Virus record (IMG/VR): IMGVR_UViG_3300042922_000643
Location: 187,544 to 251,543 of that record
Strand: one strand, 5' to 3'
DNA: 64,000 bases
Positions 20,349-31,601 of the stretch are shown here, one piece after another. The translations under genes were made by a program, and so were the position numbers. The notes below the pieces were generated by a model. The model did no database searches. It had not been told where the DNA came from and was given only the letters and a program-made list of their open reading frames with translations. Every line of letters begins with the position of its first letter. Within the stretch, counting starts at the first letter, position 1.

Positions 20349-20861
20349 ATGAAGAGCAAGGCTACAGGTATTACGCTGAGTGATCAGATGCTGAGGGAGT
20401 TTGGCGTAGAGAAAATGAGTATCTGTGAAAGTAGCGATGGGAACCACATGATTCCTGAGGATGCAGATGTTGTTGTATTCGGCGAGCTGAAGAATTTGGA
20501 GAAGGATATCCCTGTTCGGATTAACTATTTAACCAGCTTGATCAATGCGAAAGCTGCCTATGGTTCAGAACAGGCTGGTGGATACTTGCGCGGAAAGCGA
20601 GATGCCTATCAGGAAATCATGGCTGTCCTTGTTCCTGGAGAAATGGACAGGGGTAATGCTGATATTCTATTGGAAGCTGCGGCTCGTCATGAGCGAGTAG
20701 CTAAGGCTAAAGCTGCTATTCATACTGCCATTCGTGTAGACGAGGATCAATATCGTCATGTATCCATGGAAAAGCTTAGAGATGCAGTGGACGGCCTGGA
20801 TGAGCTTACGCTGCGTGAACTGGTATTGGATCATGTCTATCGTGGTGGATCATTTAATTAA
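20349..20861 (+). CDS. Hypothetical protein
   Basis: AAGGAGG RBS. Confidence 0.65.
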   Translation: MKSKATGITLSDQMLREFGVEKMSICESSDGNHMIPEDADVVVFGELKNLEKDIPVRINYLTSLINAKAAYGSEQAGGYLRGKRDAYQEIMAVLVPGEMDRGNADILLEAAARHERVAKAKAAIHTAIRVDEDQYRHVSMEKLRDAVDGLDELTLRELVLDHVYRGGSFN

Positions 20862-20897
20862 TGTCGAATAGCAAAAATAGAAAGGTGGTACATATTA

Positions 20898-21245
20898 ATG
20901 GAATTATTACGTAGATTGGATACGGCATTGGCTTTGATTGAGAGCATGACAGATACGGTGAACGATGCGGAGCCTGCGCAGGAAAAGATTAAACGGGCTA
21001 TTGAAATGGCCAGATCTGCACGGTGGGAAAATGGCGTATTGCTGACTTCTTATTTGTATAAAGATGATGTGGAGGAATCCATCCTTAATGGTTTTGTAAT
21101 CACTTTCAAAAGCGGATATTTTTATGTACGTCATCCGTCGTATCCCGATATCAGTTTGCTGGTCGTTAGAGAAATGGAAGACGTAGAAGAGTACTGTACG
21201 GAAAAGAAATTTGAAGAAGCAACAAAATTCCTGCTCGAAGGTTAA
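20898..21245 (+). CDS. Hypothetical protein
   Basis: RBS; followed by a terminator hairpin at about 21252-21290. Confidence 0.65.
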   Translation: MELLRRLDTALALIESMTDTVNDAEPAQEKIKRAIEMARSARWENGVLLTSYLYKDDVEESILNGFVITFKSGYFYVRHPSYPDISLLVVREMEDVEEYCTEKKFEEATKFLLEG

Positions 21246-21316
21246 ATACAGGGCCTTACGTAGTTAACAGCTGCGTAGGGCTTTTTTTATGTTAATATAC
21301 TTAAGGAGGATGATGT

Positions 21317-21580
21317 ATGAAAAAAGCTCTTTTCTTCTTCTCTTTAGTTACACTTCTTGTTGCTTGTAGCAGTGATTCTGTCGAAAGCAAGGGAACTCCA
21401 AACGGTTTCGAGTCAATCACCTATGATGAGATCAATGGTAAGGTTGTCATTATGATGCGTAACGTCCAAACAGGATGTTATTACGTATTCACTTCGAGTA
21501 TGTCTACTTCTGGCATGGCTGTTGCACAAATGTACGTACCTGATACAATGACGGGCGATCCTGAGCCTTATTGTGATTAA
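21317..21580 (+). CDS. Putative lipoprotein
   Basis: Signal peptide with lipobox LLVAC. Confidence 0.7.
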   Translation: MKKALFFFSLVTLLVACSSDSVESKGTPNGFESITYDEINGKVVIMMRNVQTGCYYVFTSSMSTSGMAVAQMYVPDTMTGDPEPYCD

Positions 21581-21589
21581 AAGAAAGGA

Positions 21590-21877
21590 GTGATTAAAGT
21601 GAGTATGTCCACCCATATTTACGGTATTAAACCCGCTGACCAAAAGTTTGCGGATATGAAGCTAGTCTGGGATACTTGCGAAAAAATGGGGATTTCTCCG
21701 CCGCAAGAAGTTTGGGAATTCTTCGGTAAAGAAGAACCTGACCCAGCGGGTGTTATCACGGAACTTCCCGCGGAATGTATCACGCCAATTGAAGAAGAAT
21801 TCAGAGAAGGGTGCTACATCGATATTCGGAAATTGCCACTTGACGTGAAGATCATTAAGTTTGTAAATAGCTACTAG
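21590..21877 (+). CDS. Hypothetical phage protein
   Basis: ORF with RBS. Confidence 0.65.
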   Translation: MIKVSMSTHIYGIKPADQKFADMKLVWDTCEKMGISPPQEVWEFFGKEEPDPAGVITELPAECITPIEEEFREGCYIDIRKLPLDVKIIKFVNSY

Positions 21878-21910
21878 TAGTACATATTATAATTCGAGGA
21901 GGAATTTATT

Positions 21911-22423
21911 ATGTCTAATCCAACTTCTGTTACTGCATTCGTATACAATCTGGGGATTACAGCTAAAGATCCAATAACAGGGTACCAGGGAATCATCATT
22001 GGCCGCGCTCATCACTTATTCGGTTGCTCGCAATATGGCATTGCTTCTCGGGATCTCGATAGCAGTGGTCAAGTTCGCAAAACAGAATGGTTTGATGAAG
22101 CTCGCATTGAAGTCGTCGGCGACGGCACTCGCACTGTCGAAGAGGTTCAAGAAAATGAATTTGCTAAAATCTTTGGGATCTCTATCGGCAAAAAGGTACG
22201 CGATAAGGTAACAGGCATTGTCGGTATTACTACGTATGCCCTCGAATACCTTTACGGTTCCAACCAATATGCTGTTGATCCTGGTATTGATAAAGAAGGC
22301 AAGATCCAAGACAGTTATTCTTACGATGAAGGCCGCCTTGAAGTCATTGACGAGGGTGTTAAGCCTGCGGAAGTTACAGGCCCAAAACGCGGAGGAATTA
22401 ATCGTGACGCTCCTAGATTTTAA
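21911..22423 (+). CDS. Protein with two tandem SH3-like repeats
   Basis: LG..AKDPITGYQGIII..FDEARIEVV and IG.KVRDKVTGIVGITT..YDEGRLEVI. Confidence 0.75.
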   Translation: MSNPTSVTAFVYNLGITAKDPITGYQGIIIGRAHHLFGCSQYGIASRDLDSSGQVRKTEWFDEARIEVVGDGTRTVEEVQENEFAKIFGISIGKKVRDKVTGIVGITTYALEYLYGSNQYAVDPGIDKEGKIQDSYSYDEGRLEVIDEGVKPAEVTGPKRGGINRDAPRF

Positions 22424-22913
22424 AAGGGAGCCCGTTGTCAGAACCTTTCTAGTTGTAACCCGCACCAAAAACGGAGTCACTGTTCGTCGTTATTTGGTTG
22501 GTGCAGAAAACGCTGCTGGGGCGAAGAATACCCTAAGAAAATATCTTACAGGGGTTAATTATCCGATATCTGTACAACAGGAAGTAAAAAATAGATTTTT
22601 GGAGCTTGGGCAAATCAAACATTACGATTAATAAATCCAAAGCCTCTTATCCTCTGTGGGTAGGAGGCTTTTTTTATGTGAAGGAGATGATCATATGTGG
22701 TATATTTATTTTCTGGCTTGTTTTACATCCGTTTATGTCGCTTACTGTGCTGGCAAAAAGAAGGGTCATGCTGAGAAAGAGCCTCGGATTCAATATTTGC
22801 TGGAATGTTATCTCAAGCAGAATGAATACTACGAAGATCAGCTTCGTCGTGCTAAGCGTGCTCTGCGGGAATGGCGTCTTAAAACTCAATAAAATCCTGG
22901 GAGGTACATAAAT

Positions 22914-23381
22914 ATGGCTCTGATTATTCTTAAAGGCGATCTACTTAAAAGTGACTGTGATGTCATTGCTCATCAAGCAAACTGCTATAGTCGTATGGGC
23001 GCAGGCATTGCAAAACAAATTGTTCAGAAATGGCCTGTTGTTGCCGTTGAAGATCGCAATTTTCATATCACATCCCCCTCTAAGCGCCTTGGTCAGTTTT
23101 CCTACGCATTTGTCGAGCAGAATACTGTAATGGTCTGCAATTTGTACGGCCAGCTAAATTACGGGACTGGAGCTGTTCAAACTAACTACGCCGCCTTAGA
23201 AAGCTCCATTCGCTTAATGATGGATTTTCTGAAACAAAGTCCCGTTTTCAAGAGTAAAAAGATAGGTTTCCCGTTTCGACTGGGATGTGGACTTGCGGGT
23301 GGCGACTGGGCCGTTGTTTCAAAGATCCTCAATCGTATTTCCGAAGAATATGACGTAGATCTCTACGCTTACAGTTTGTAA
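22914..23381 (+). CDS. Macro domain protein (ADP-ribose binding/hydrolase)
   Basis: KGDLL, HQANC, MGAGIA, NLYGQ and P.RLGCGLAGGDW motifs. Confidence 0.9.
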   Translation: MALIILKGDLLKSDCDVIAHQANCYSRMGAGIAKQIVQKWPVVAVEDRNFHITSPSKRLGQFSYAFVEQNTVMVCNLYGQLNYGTGAVQTNYAALESSIRLMMDFLKQSPVFKSKKIGFPFRLGCGLAGGDWAVVSKILNRISEEYDVDLYAYSL

Positions 23382-23516
23382 TAAAAAGTTAAGACGGCTT
23401 ATGCTGTCTTAATATAATCTCTAAGGTAGGTTTGGTCACCTTGAGTATGCTTATGGGGATAAGCGTGCTTTCCTTGGGGATTATATTAAGCCTGTATATA
23501 AAGGAGGTTACATATT

Positions 23517-23957
23517 ATGAGATTAACTACTCAATGTGGAGATTCTATTCTTCTTAAAGTTGGCGACAATGTTGTGATCAAATGCACCAAAGCTGCTGAT
23601 GATTATACTTCTATCAGAGTTACACTGAATAAAGAGTATGATGCAACTGTTGGTAGTTCCACTTATCTGAATTTAGTTGATGATAATGGGGTTCCTTTCA
23701 CCGTTTCTGTTGATAGTCATTATACTCTCGGAGAATATTTCGTAGCACTTGATAGAAATACGATTGCTACAATTAATCCTTCTCTAAAGAAAAGTCGGCT
23801 AAAAGAATTTGTCAGCGGAGGATTTTTTGTTGATTCCAATCTCGATGATCAAATCAATAAATGGCTTGACGATCATCCGAATGTTGAACTCGGTAACATT
23901 CATTACGTAAGAAGTGGTGAAGTTTCCGCGGCCATGATTGTTTATAAGGAGGCATAG
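23517..23957 (+). CDS. Hypothetical protein (C-terminal Cse60-like segment)
   Basis: AAGGAGG RBS; LDDQINKWL..IHY..AMIVYK. Confidence 0.55.
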   Translation: MRLTTQCGDSILLKVGDNVVIKCTKAADDYTSIRVTLNKEYDATVGSSTYLNLVDDNGVPFTVSVDSHYTLGEYFVALDRNTIATINPSLKKSRLKEFVSGGFFVDSNLDDQINKWLDDHPNVELGNIHYVRSGEVSAAMIVYKEA

Positions 23958-24131
23958 TATGATACTCTATGCTTTGAGTTCAACTTTACAGTTAATGGCT
24001 GCAATTTTCTTTTTTCGACAAATATTATCTAACAAAGGCTTCCTTCGCTATATTGCTATTATATTAACTACTGTAAATATCTTTTTACTCTTTACTAATC
24101 TTTATACGGCAATTGGTTAAGGAGGTTCGTA

Positions 24132-24434
24132 ATGGCTGAAAAAAAGCCCAAGCTTAATTTGTGCAATCAGGAATACAAAGGTATCCATATTAGGCTCATT
24201 GACCGCGGCTACTCTTCGGATGATAAGGCTAAACGGTATTTACTGATCGTTCCCGATGGATTAAAGGCCCAGACGAATCAGAATGTCTGGATTCCAAACA
24301 AACACTTGGAAGAAGACGGAACCCTCAAGCCTGGTGAAAATATTGATTATGTGTTCCGTAAAGCACAGAATCAGTTGGAATACGCGGGTTATCTTGGCCC
24401 AATTATTGGAATTAAGCGTACAACAGAGGTCTAA
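24132..24434 (+). CDS. Hypothetical phage protein
   Basis: AAGGAGG RBS. Confidence 0.65.
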   Translation: MAEKKPKLNLCNQEYKGIHIRLIDRGYSSDDKAKRYLLIVPDGLKAQTNQNVWIPNKHLEEDGTLKPGENIDYVFRKAQNQLEYAGYLGPIIGIKRTTEV

Positions 24435-24469
24435 ATGCCATTATATTACATAAAGGAGATTGGATAACT

Positions 24470-25588
24470 ATGAAAGTTGTACAAACTGGCGATATTTTTA
24501 GAATATTTGGTGATGATCTGCAAACTTTTGATCAGCTACCCGCAGGCAATTACAAAGTCTGTTTTGATCCTAAGCAGGGGTTCTTTCTGATCAGTACTGA
24601 CTCATTCAAAGTGAGTGAGAAACAGTACGGTCAACATCCTTTAAAAATTGCTAAAGTTGAAAAACTTTTCGACACTCTGGATCGTAGCGCAGGGATCATC
24701 CTCAGCGGGGATAAAGGTATGGGTAAGTCGATGTTTGCGCGTACTCTTTCAGCGACTTTTGCGGAAGATCGTGAGAATCGGAATATGCCAACTATCATTG
24801 TTAATTATGCATACCCTGGCATTGTTGATTTTCTTGAATCAATTAAGCAAGAATGCGTTGTTTTATTCGACGAATTTGAAAAGGTCTTCAACGGCGAAGA
24901 ACAAAAAGAGTCACAGGATAGATTACTGGGTCTCTTTGATGGTATTTCTCAGACAAAACGACTATATGTGATTACTGTCAATGAAATTCGACGGGTTAGT
25001 CAGTATATGCTGAATCGTCCTGGTCGGTTCCATTACCACTTGCAGTTTGGATTTCCTTCACATGAGGAGATCGCTGAGTATCTGACCGACAAACTCAATC
25101 CAGAGTATGTTAACCAAATCCCTCTTGTGCAGCGGTTTTCAAGCCGCGGCAATCTGAACTATGATGCTCTACGAGCGATTGCTCATGAGTTAAATCAAGG
25201 ATACTCTTTTAAAGAGACCATCGAAGACTTAAATGTTTCTTCTACGGAAAATGATTCTTCTATCTATTCTGTAGAGATTCACTACAGCAATGGTTTTGTA
25301 GGGTCAACACAGGTCAGTCTTAACCTGATGAGTCCACGATTTAGATTTGATCATGAGACTCCTAATGGCGACTATCTTTCTATAAGCTTCTGCCCTCTTG
25401 ATGTTGTCATTACTGATAAAACACTTTTTACTGTAGAAGCTGGCGAAGTTCAACTATCTGTGGATTTTGACAACGGCAATGAAGAATATACTGATAAAAG
25501 CAAGATATTTGTTGAACGAATGGTTTTCAAGATTGATGATAAAAGAAGACCAAAATATGGCAAAGAAATTGAGAACTATCTGGTTTAA
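24470..25588 (+). CDS. AAA+ ATPase
   Basis: Walker A GDKGMGKS, Walker B VLFDEFEK, SRH-like NRPGRF. Confidence 0.9.
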   Translation: MKVVQTGDIFRIFGDDLQTFDQLPAGNYKVCFDPKQGFFLISTDSFKVSEKQYGQHPLKIAKVEKLFDTLDRSAGIILSGDKGMGKSMFARTLSATFAEDRENRNMPTIIVNYAYPGIVDFLESIKQECVVLFDEFEKVFNGEEQKESQDRLLGLFDGISQTKRLYVITVNEIRRVSQYMLNRPGRFHYHLQFGFPSHEEIAEYLTDKLNPEYVNQIPLVQRFSSRGNLNYDALRAIAHELNQGYSFKETIEDLNVSSTENDSSIYSVEIHYSNGFVGSTQVSLNLMSPRFRFDHETPNGDYLSISFCPLDVVITDKTLFTVEAGEVQLSVDFDNGNEEYTDKSKIFVERMVFKIDDKRRPKYGKEIENYLV

Positions 25589-25644
25589 AAAACAGCTCTT
25601 ATGCCCGCCTTTGTGCGGGCTTTTTTTATGTAAAGGAGGCTTTC

Positions 25645-25923
25645 ATGATGGGAACTAAACGTGGAGTTATAATCCAATGTAGCAATCCAAGTTCATGGTA
25701 TAAGTCTGCCATCGGTATGATTTTGGATGTTCAAGAAGGTTATCTTATTCGAAATTCTTATAGTGTTGTTGAGAATCAGCTTTCGGTAAGTCAATTTTCA
25801 ATATTTAAAATCAGCGCAAGATTTAGACCTTCTGTTTGTTTAGTGCAAATCCAAGATTTTTGTTTTGAAATCTCTAATGAAATGATGGTCGATAAATTAC
25901 TCTCATCTGATGAGGAGGTATAA
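25645..25923 (+). CDS. Small protein with shared C-terminal tag (related to 32956/33246)
   Basis: CSNPSSWY..IG motif; ends SNEMMVDKLLSSDEEV. Confidence 0.65.
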   Translation: MMGTKRGVIIQCSNPSSWYKSAIGMILDVQEGYLIRNSYSVVENQLSVSQFSIFKISARFRPSVCLVQIQDFCFEISNEMMVDKLLSSDEEV

Positions 25924-26322
25924 TATGCAAATCGGGAAATATGTAACCGTCACTGACGACTTTAAGAGTATTAACGTGTATACTCATATCGTTCCTTTCG
26001 AAGAGATGGAAGAATTGATCGCTGTTCTAGAATCTATTCAATTTATCAAACATACAGATCCTGCTGGTTTTGATTTGAATAATCTTTATTACACGGGTGA
26101 TGAGATGTGGATTCAGCGAAAATCTTCTACGAATAGTGTTGAATATGTTCAGGTCTATGACCGAGATCTTCCACAATCCACTTATGACGTTTGCCTGGAT
26201 ATAGGCGAGCATAAAATAATACCTATCTTTCATTAAGGAGGAATAAGTATGCGTTTCTTTGAGATATTGATCGCTATTTTTGCTGTTATACTGGTAGGGC
26301 AAGGCGAAGAGGAGGCTTACTA

Positions 26323-26709
26323 ATGGGAAGGGTATTACGTATTTTTCTGGATGACCTTCGGCCCGCTCCTGAGGGATGGGTCTTGGTTAAAACAGCCGAA
26401 GAATGTCTCAATTTATTAGCAAAAAATAAAGGTTTAGTCAGTTCACTGTCTTTGGATCATGATCTTGGTGACCAGAGTGAAGATGAAAAGCATGGCTACT
26501 GGTTTGTGAAACAAATGGTTGACCGCGGCCTTTATGCTGATGTCATTAACCTTCACACTTCCAACCCCGTGGGCCGCGAAAATATGCTGATGTATCTTTT
26601 AAATGCCATTGACTTTGAGGCCTTGCCTAATCATATCCGTGTTCTGAACTGCCCACCAGCAGGATATCTCGAAAACGTAGAGAATGGCTGGTACGATAAG
26701 GAGGAATAA
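26323..26709 (+). CDS. Cyclic-phosphate-processing receiver-like domain protein
   Basis: IFLDDLRPAP, LSLDHDLG and HTSNPVGRENM motifs. Confidence 0.75.
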   Translation: MGRVLRIFLDDLRPAPEGWVLVKTAEECLNLLAKNKGLVSSLSLDHDLGDQSEDEKHGYWFVKQMVDRGLYADVINLHTSNPVGRENMLMYLLNAIDFEALPNHIRVLNCPPAGYLENVENGWYDKEE

Positions 26710-26926
26710 TATGCCAGGAGTTGTTATACTCACTATTGTTGTTTTCTTCTTCTGTTGCGTCGCAATTTTTAATTTGTTTGATGAAAATATCAAAGAATTC
26801 AACAAGGGAGTTCTTAGTACTATTGTCGTCCCGATTTTTCTTTCTATTATTTTCTCTGCCGTTTGGCAGTGGTTCGATTGGATTGGAGGATGGTGATTAT
26901 TCGCCATCTTTACTACATATAAGGAG

Positions 26927-27475
26927 TTGTTTGCTATGCCAAAAGTTGTTAAAGGATCATTTGTCGCAATTGTAGCTAAAGATGCTCGTCCACTGTTTAA
27001 GGATCTTCGGTTGTCAGAAGAAATTCGGAATACAGAGATTCCCGTAGTCCTTATGATTAATCGGGTAGACGGCAAGATTGGTTTTCCTGGCGGCACAATG
27101 GAAGAAGGAGAAACTCCGATTCAAACAGCACTGCGTGAAGTTGGCGAAGAAATCGGCATCCTATGGGAACAAGATGACGCTGAGCTTGAGTATGTCGGTC
27201 AAACCACATATGAAGATGATCGTATTGATTTAAGTACGCATCTTTTTGTTCAGTTTGTTGATTATTCCGATCTCACATCTATCTGCGATGAGATTCGTCT
27301 CTGCGATCATTTTGGCTCTGAAATCAACGGATTTGTTGAACTCGGAATCTTCAATCATCGTAAGGGTGGTTATTCTGAATTCTTGAAAAATAATTTCCCG
27401 CATACGGCTAAAGAACAACTAGAAATGCTGGTCGAAAAATACGGTCTTCTTGTCGATCTAGTAAGTCCAGTGTAA
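26927..27475 (+). CDS. Nudix hydrolase (NUDT16/decapping-like)
   Basis: Nudix box GGTMEEGETPIQTALREVGEEIG preceded by RVDGKIGFP. Confidence 0.9.
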   Translation: MFAMPKVVKGSFVAIVAKDARPLFKDLRLSEEIRNTEIPVVLMINRVDGKIGFPGGTMEEGETPIQTALREVGEEIGILWEQDDAELEYVGQTTYEDDRIDLSTHLFVQFVDYSDLTSICDEIRLCDHFGSEINGFVELGIFNHRKGGYSEFLKNNFPHTAKEQLEMLVEKYGLLVDLVSPV

Positions 27476-27702
27476 AATCCTGTTAGGAGGAATCTTTTGA
27501 TGATTAACGGGTACGGTTTTCTTACAATCATTGTTGTGTGTATAACGATTATTGTGATGTATGAACAATTACAAAGCCGTAAAAAGTGGGAAGCTTATTA
27601 TAAGCGCCCTCTTCCTCCTGGCGTTAAGTGGCTTAGACCTAATGGTACTAGAGAATACTCGACTCAAAACGAAGAGGCACGAATAAAGGAGGATGATGAC
27701 GA

Positions 27703-28119
27703 TTGAGTACAATTCATACCGCTGATGAGATTCAAGCATTATGCGATTATCTGCATGTAGGATTTGTGAACCATGATAATAAACAGGCTTTTTCCGATAG
27801 TGATAACATTATTATCGAAGATGAGACAGGAACTCCAGTCGCCGTCACCTTTCATGAATTGGTAGAGGCCACAAAAGAGCCTATCGCTATTGATACAAAA
27901 GTCCGCCTGATCTTTAAAGACCATCAAGATGATAGTTGGCTTGTTGTACCTAGCGATTTTGATAGTAGGGATACTCCCGAAGGATATCAAATTGCTCCAG
28001 GTTGGGGTATTGTTACAGGCTATGATCATGAAGACTCACGTTCGTATGGCGGTAAAACCCCGATTGTCGTCGCTCGATTTATTTATGCAGGTTATGATCC
28101 TAAATATTGGAAAAGGTAA
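27703..28119 (+). CDS. Hypothetical protein
   Basis: ORF with RBS. Confidence 0.6.
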   Translation: MSTIHTADEIQALCDYLHVGFVNHDNKQAFSDSDNIIIEDETGTPVAVTFHELVEATKEPIAIDTKVRLIFKDHQDDSWLVVPSDFDSRDTPEGYQIAPGWGIVTGYDHEDSRSYGGKTPIVVARFIYAGYDPKYWKR

Positions 28120-28210
28120 GTGCTGTCGCCACTCTATTGCAGGGTGTGCGATTTTTTTTATAGAAATTGTGTTCCGAAAAGTAATTGACCACTACAAGGA
28201 GGAATGAATC

Positions 28211-28684
28211 ATGTATTATAATATTCGTTATGGACTTTATGGTATGATCGTCAAGGGTTCCGACGTTGTTGAAGCCATTCATAATTTCGTTAAAGATCGT
28301 GGCAATTATGCGGAAGGTAAAGGCGTCCTCTCTGAACTTGTTCAACAAGGTAAAATCCTCTACAGACGGGAAAATGACGTTCGTAAATATGACTGGGATG
28401 CACAAAAAGAGATTTCTGTCCCGACATATCGTATTGCTGAAATCTCTGGATATACTGATTCTTCTTCGTGGATTAATATGCCGCCAAAGGTTGAAGAAAT
28501 CGGAAGTAATAATCAGTCTTATCATGAAGGACATATTGTCAGCAAGGAATCATTCAATGTCATTCATGAGCAAACGCTTCGTGGCCGTATTGACCTAGCA
28601 CTTGAACGCGGAGACAAAGAACTCTTTACTATATTAAGTAAGGAGCTTTGCGAGCTTATGCAGCCTAAGGAGGGCGCGATATGA
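28211..28684 (+). CDS. IDEAL-domain protein
   Basis: C-terminal IDLALERGDKELFTILSKEL; paralog of 28681. Confidence 0.8.
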   Translation: MYYNIRYGLYGMIVKGSDVVEAIHNFVKDRGNYAEGKGVLSELVQQGKILYRRENDVRKYDWDAQKEISVPTYRIAEISGYTDSSSWINMPPKVEEIGSNNQSYHEGHIVSKESFNVIHEQTLRGRIDLALERGDKELFTILSKELCELMQPKEGAI

Positions 28685-29043
28685 AATATAATAATTATAA
28701 AGTTCATTACGGAAGTGATAGCTGGGCTGTTCAGGCTGACTCTCATGATGAGGCAGTCTTACATATTGTAGAATCTAATCCTGTTTTGAATCACTTTTTT
28801 GAAAAGGGAAAGATTCTTTATCGTTTTGAAGATTTCGTTAATGCTCGCGTAGCCGTATATACTTCTGGGAATAAAGAACCAGGATGGATGTTCTTGAAGA
28901 AGAAAGCCAAGTATACGGATTTGGATCGGACGATTCTGGAGGCTACACTCCGCGGACAGATCAATCGTGCTCTCGACACAGGAGACAAAGTGAAATTTAT
29001 GGAGCTTACAAAACAATTAAACGATCTGCTAATTCTGAATTAA
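28681..29043 (+). CDS. IDEAL-domain protein
   Basis: C-terminal INRALDTGDKVKFMELTKQL. Confidence 0.8.
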   Translation: MKYNNYKVHYGSDSWAVQADSHDEAVLHIVESNPVLNHFFEKGKILYRFEDFVNARVAVYTSGNKEPGWMFLKKKAKYTDLDRTILEATLRGQINRALDTGDKVKFMELTKQLNDLLILN

Positions 29044-29928
29044 GGAGGATATCTATGGAACATATTCGCAAGATCATTAACGAAAAAAAGAAATTGGAAT
29101 GGAACATGTCCTTTATTGATAAGGATACTGTACACATCTTTCAAGAACCTCTTCCTTTCCGCAACGAACCAGACTCTATTTTTGTTTATCCTGAAAATAT
29201 TGATGAAATGATCTTTACTTTGATTGCAATGCGTAATATGAAACTCCACAATCTTCCTGGGCCTATTTATACAATGGAAGGTCGTTACCTCGTTTGTGTT
29301 GTCGAATCTACCACGCATGATGGAGAAACTGTTGTTGTCACTGTTTGCGACAAGAACACCCTTAATGCTCAGGTTGGGGAAATTCATGATATTCATGGAC
29401 TGGAACTCTCGCGATTGCGTACCTTGCATACAGGTGAAGAATATTTTGTTTATCGTTCAAAACAGGAATAAAGAAAGGGTGTTGTTCATGTCTCCACTTA
29501 CAGTTCTGGTTATTGCTACATTGAGCGTATTTTTTGGACTCCGTTCTTCGAAAATGTACGAAAAAGGTAAGAAGGATGGTATCCGTCTTGCGAATCGTGA
29601 ATCCAGTAAAGAAAAACATGCCCTCTTTTTGCAGGGACTTGAAATGTCTATGCAAATTTCAATGATGGCCATGCGGCTCAATGAAATGAAACCCTACATG
29701 CATATTATCGACGAGTTGAATGAAGAGGCAAAAGAATCTGTTCATAGTAGCCTCCAAGACGCTCTAAACGGTAAGAGTAGAAGTAGTGAGTATGTTTCTG
29801 ATGAGGCTGTAAAAGCACGTAGAGAGACAGCTAAAGAGACTTTGAAGAAAGTACATGAACAAATTCATGGTACTTCAGCCAGCGGATTTGATGTATAACA
29901 ATGCATAAATATACAGAGGAGGATCGTT

Positions 29929-30558
29929 ATGAAATTCCGCTTATTTCTGTTCAAAAAATACTGTGATCACCCCAAATTATCGTTTTTAGCTTTCCCTCTT
30001 ATTATGGCGTGTCTTCCAATGGATTTGGCTTATATGTATGCCTATATTGAAGGGAACTTTCCGAAAAGAATTGAGCTTATGGCCTATCTACATAGAAATT
30101 ATCGCAGATATATAAACTCCATCAATCTTGCTATGAAAATCAGCTGCTTTATGCAATTGGGAGTGATCTCTCTAGTAACAGTCTCCTTTCCTTTGGGTTG
30201 GAGGGTGTTTGGCTTAATATCCATGTTGTCGTCTCTAGCATTATTGATTTTTACTTTTAACCTTCTTCACTGGATGAAAAAAGCGAGGGAAATCAACTCT
30301 TTTTATTACAATTTTTTCTATCATCAAAAGAAAAAAGAAGAAAAGAAAACAAATCCAGCGTCTTCGGAAAGCAAATTTCAAAAAGCGCTCCGTATTTTAG
30401 GAGTACCTTCTTCATGCACAGACTTAAGCGCTGTACGTCAGCAATATAAAAAGCTGATGAAAATGTACCATCCCGATGTTTATAGAGGTCATGATGCGAA
30501 TCAAAAGTCAAAGGAAATTATTGAAGCTTATCAACTGGTAGAAAAAACACTATCCTAG
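29929..30558 (+). CDS. Membrane protein with C-terminal J-domain
   Basis: TM segments; LRILGV...YKKLMKMYHPD...EIIEAY. Confidence 0.85.
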   Translation: MKFRLFLFKKYCDHPKLSFLAFPLIMACLPMDLAYMYAYIEGNFPKRIELMAYLHRNYRRYINSINLAMKISCFMQLGVISLVTVSFPLGWRVFGLISMLSSLALLIFTFNLLHWMKKAREINSFYYNFFYHQKKKEEKKTNPASSESKFQKALRILGVPSSCTDLSAVRQQYKKLMKMYHPDVYRGHDANQKSKEIIEAYQLVEKTLS

Positions 30559-30738
30559 GAGGTATAAGTATGAAGAGCCGCTGGATTGATGATGCTGGAA
30601 ATAGCTACACTATGCGTCCAGTTGAAAACAAGGGATTAGTTCAAATCGGCCAAGAAATACTGATTGGAGTACTTATTGCTGTAGTTGCTGTCGGTGCTGT
30701 ATTATTAGTTAGCGCGTTAATTTAGGGGGAAGATTACC

Positions 30739-31407
30739 ATGTCAACTGTTATGGAGCCCGTTGTGGAGCAGGCTTCTAATCCTGATGCTTTGTTCTTTGA
30801 ACTTGTTGACTGCAAGGATGAAAATCGTCGTAAAGAAATCATTGATATTTTATATCTGCATCATAAAAATTTGGCATATTTCATTGTGAATAAAAGAATA
30901 ACGGATAAAATATGTGAAAAATACCGCATGACGATGGATGAATTTTATTCTATCGCTTGCGAAAAGCTTTATCGTTGTATTCCGCTGTATGATCCGACCA
31001 GGAAAGTTATGTTTTCAACATATGCTGGCAGATCAGTAACATTAATTTTGCTTAACGTGTTTAGAGATTTTAAACATGTTGGCGAAACTGATACTCTTAA
31101 TAAAAGTGATTCAAGTAGTGACGCTTCTTCTCAGAGCGAGGAAAAGATCTGTTTAATCAAGGATTCTTTTGATTTATTAGAACAAACAGTCAATCGGAAA
31201 ACGATACAGGAATTCTTCGATCACCTTTCCACTATAGAAAATCCTCGAAATGTAAAAGCTTACTACCTACACACTGTTAAAAGCATGACAATCAACCAGA
31301 TCGCTGCCGAACTTGGTATGACAAGATCCAATGTGGGCCGCTTAATGCTCAAAATAAAAATCATAGCTCAGAAATACGCAGAAGAACACAATGTATTTGG
31401 GAGGTAA
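30739..31407 (+). CDS. Sigma-70 family (alternative/sporulation-like) sigma factor
   Basis: Region 2 YDPTRKVMFSTYA; region 4 HTH TINQIAAELGMTRSNVGRL. Confidence 0.85.
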   Translation: MSTVMEPVVEQASNPDALFFELVDCKDENRRKEIIDILYLHHKNLAYFIVNKRITDKICEKYRMTMDEFYSIACEKLYRCIPLYDPTRKVMFSTYAGRSVTLILLNVFRDFKHVGETDTLNKSDSSSDASSQSEEKICLIKDSFDLLEQTVNRKTIQEFFDHLSTIENPRNVKAYYLHTVKSMTINQIAAELGMTRSNVGRLMLKIKIIAQKYAEEHNVFGR

Positions 31408-31601
31408 GTATCATCTCTATTTTCTTTTTAATGGTAATCTGCATGATTATATCGGCAGCTCGGTTCTGTAGAGAATACAGCGAGCTGCCTTTTGGTCCGA
31501 AATTTCAGCTACTTTCTAGTATCCATATGTTTATTTCACTTGTGATCATTCTTGCTGGAGTATATCTTGGAGTTCATCTCCGACAGTAAGGAGGTATTGA
31601 A

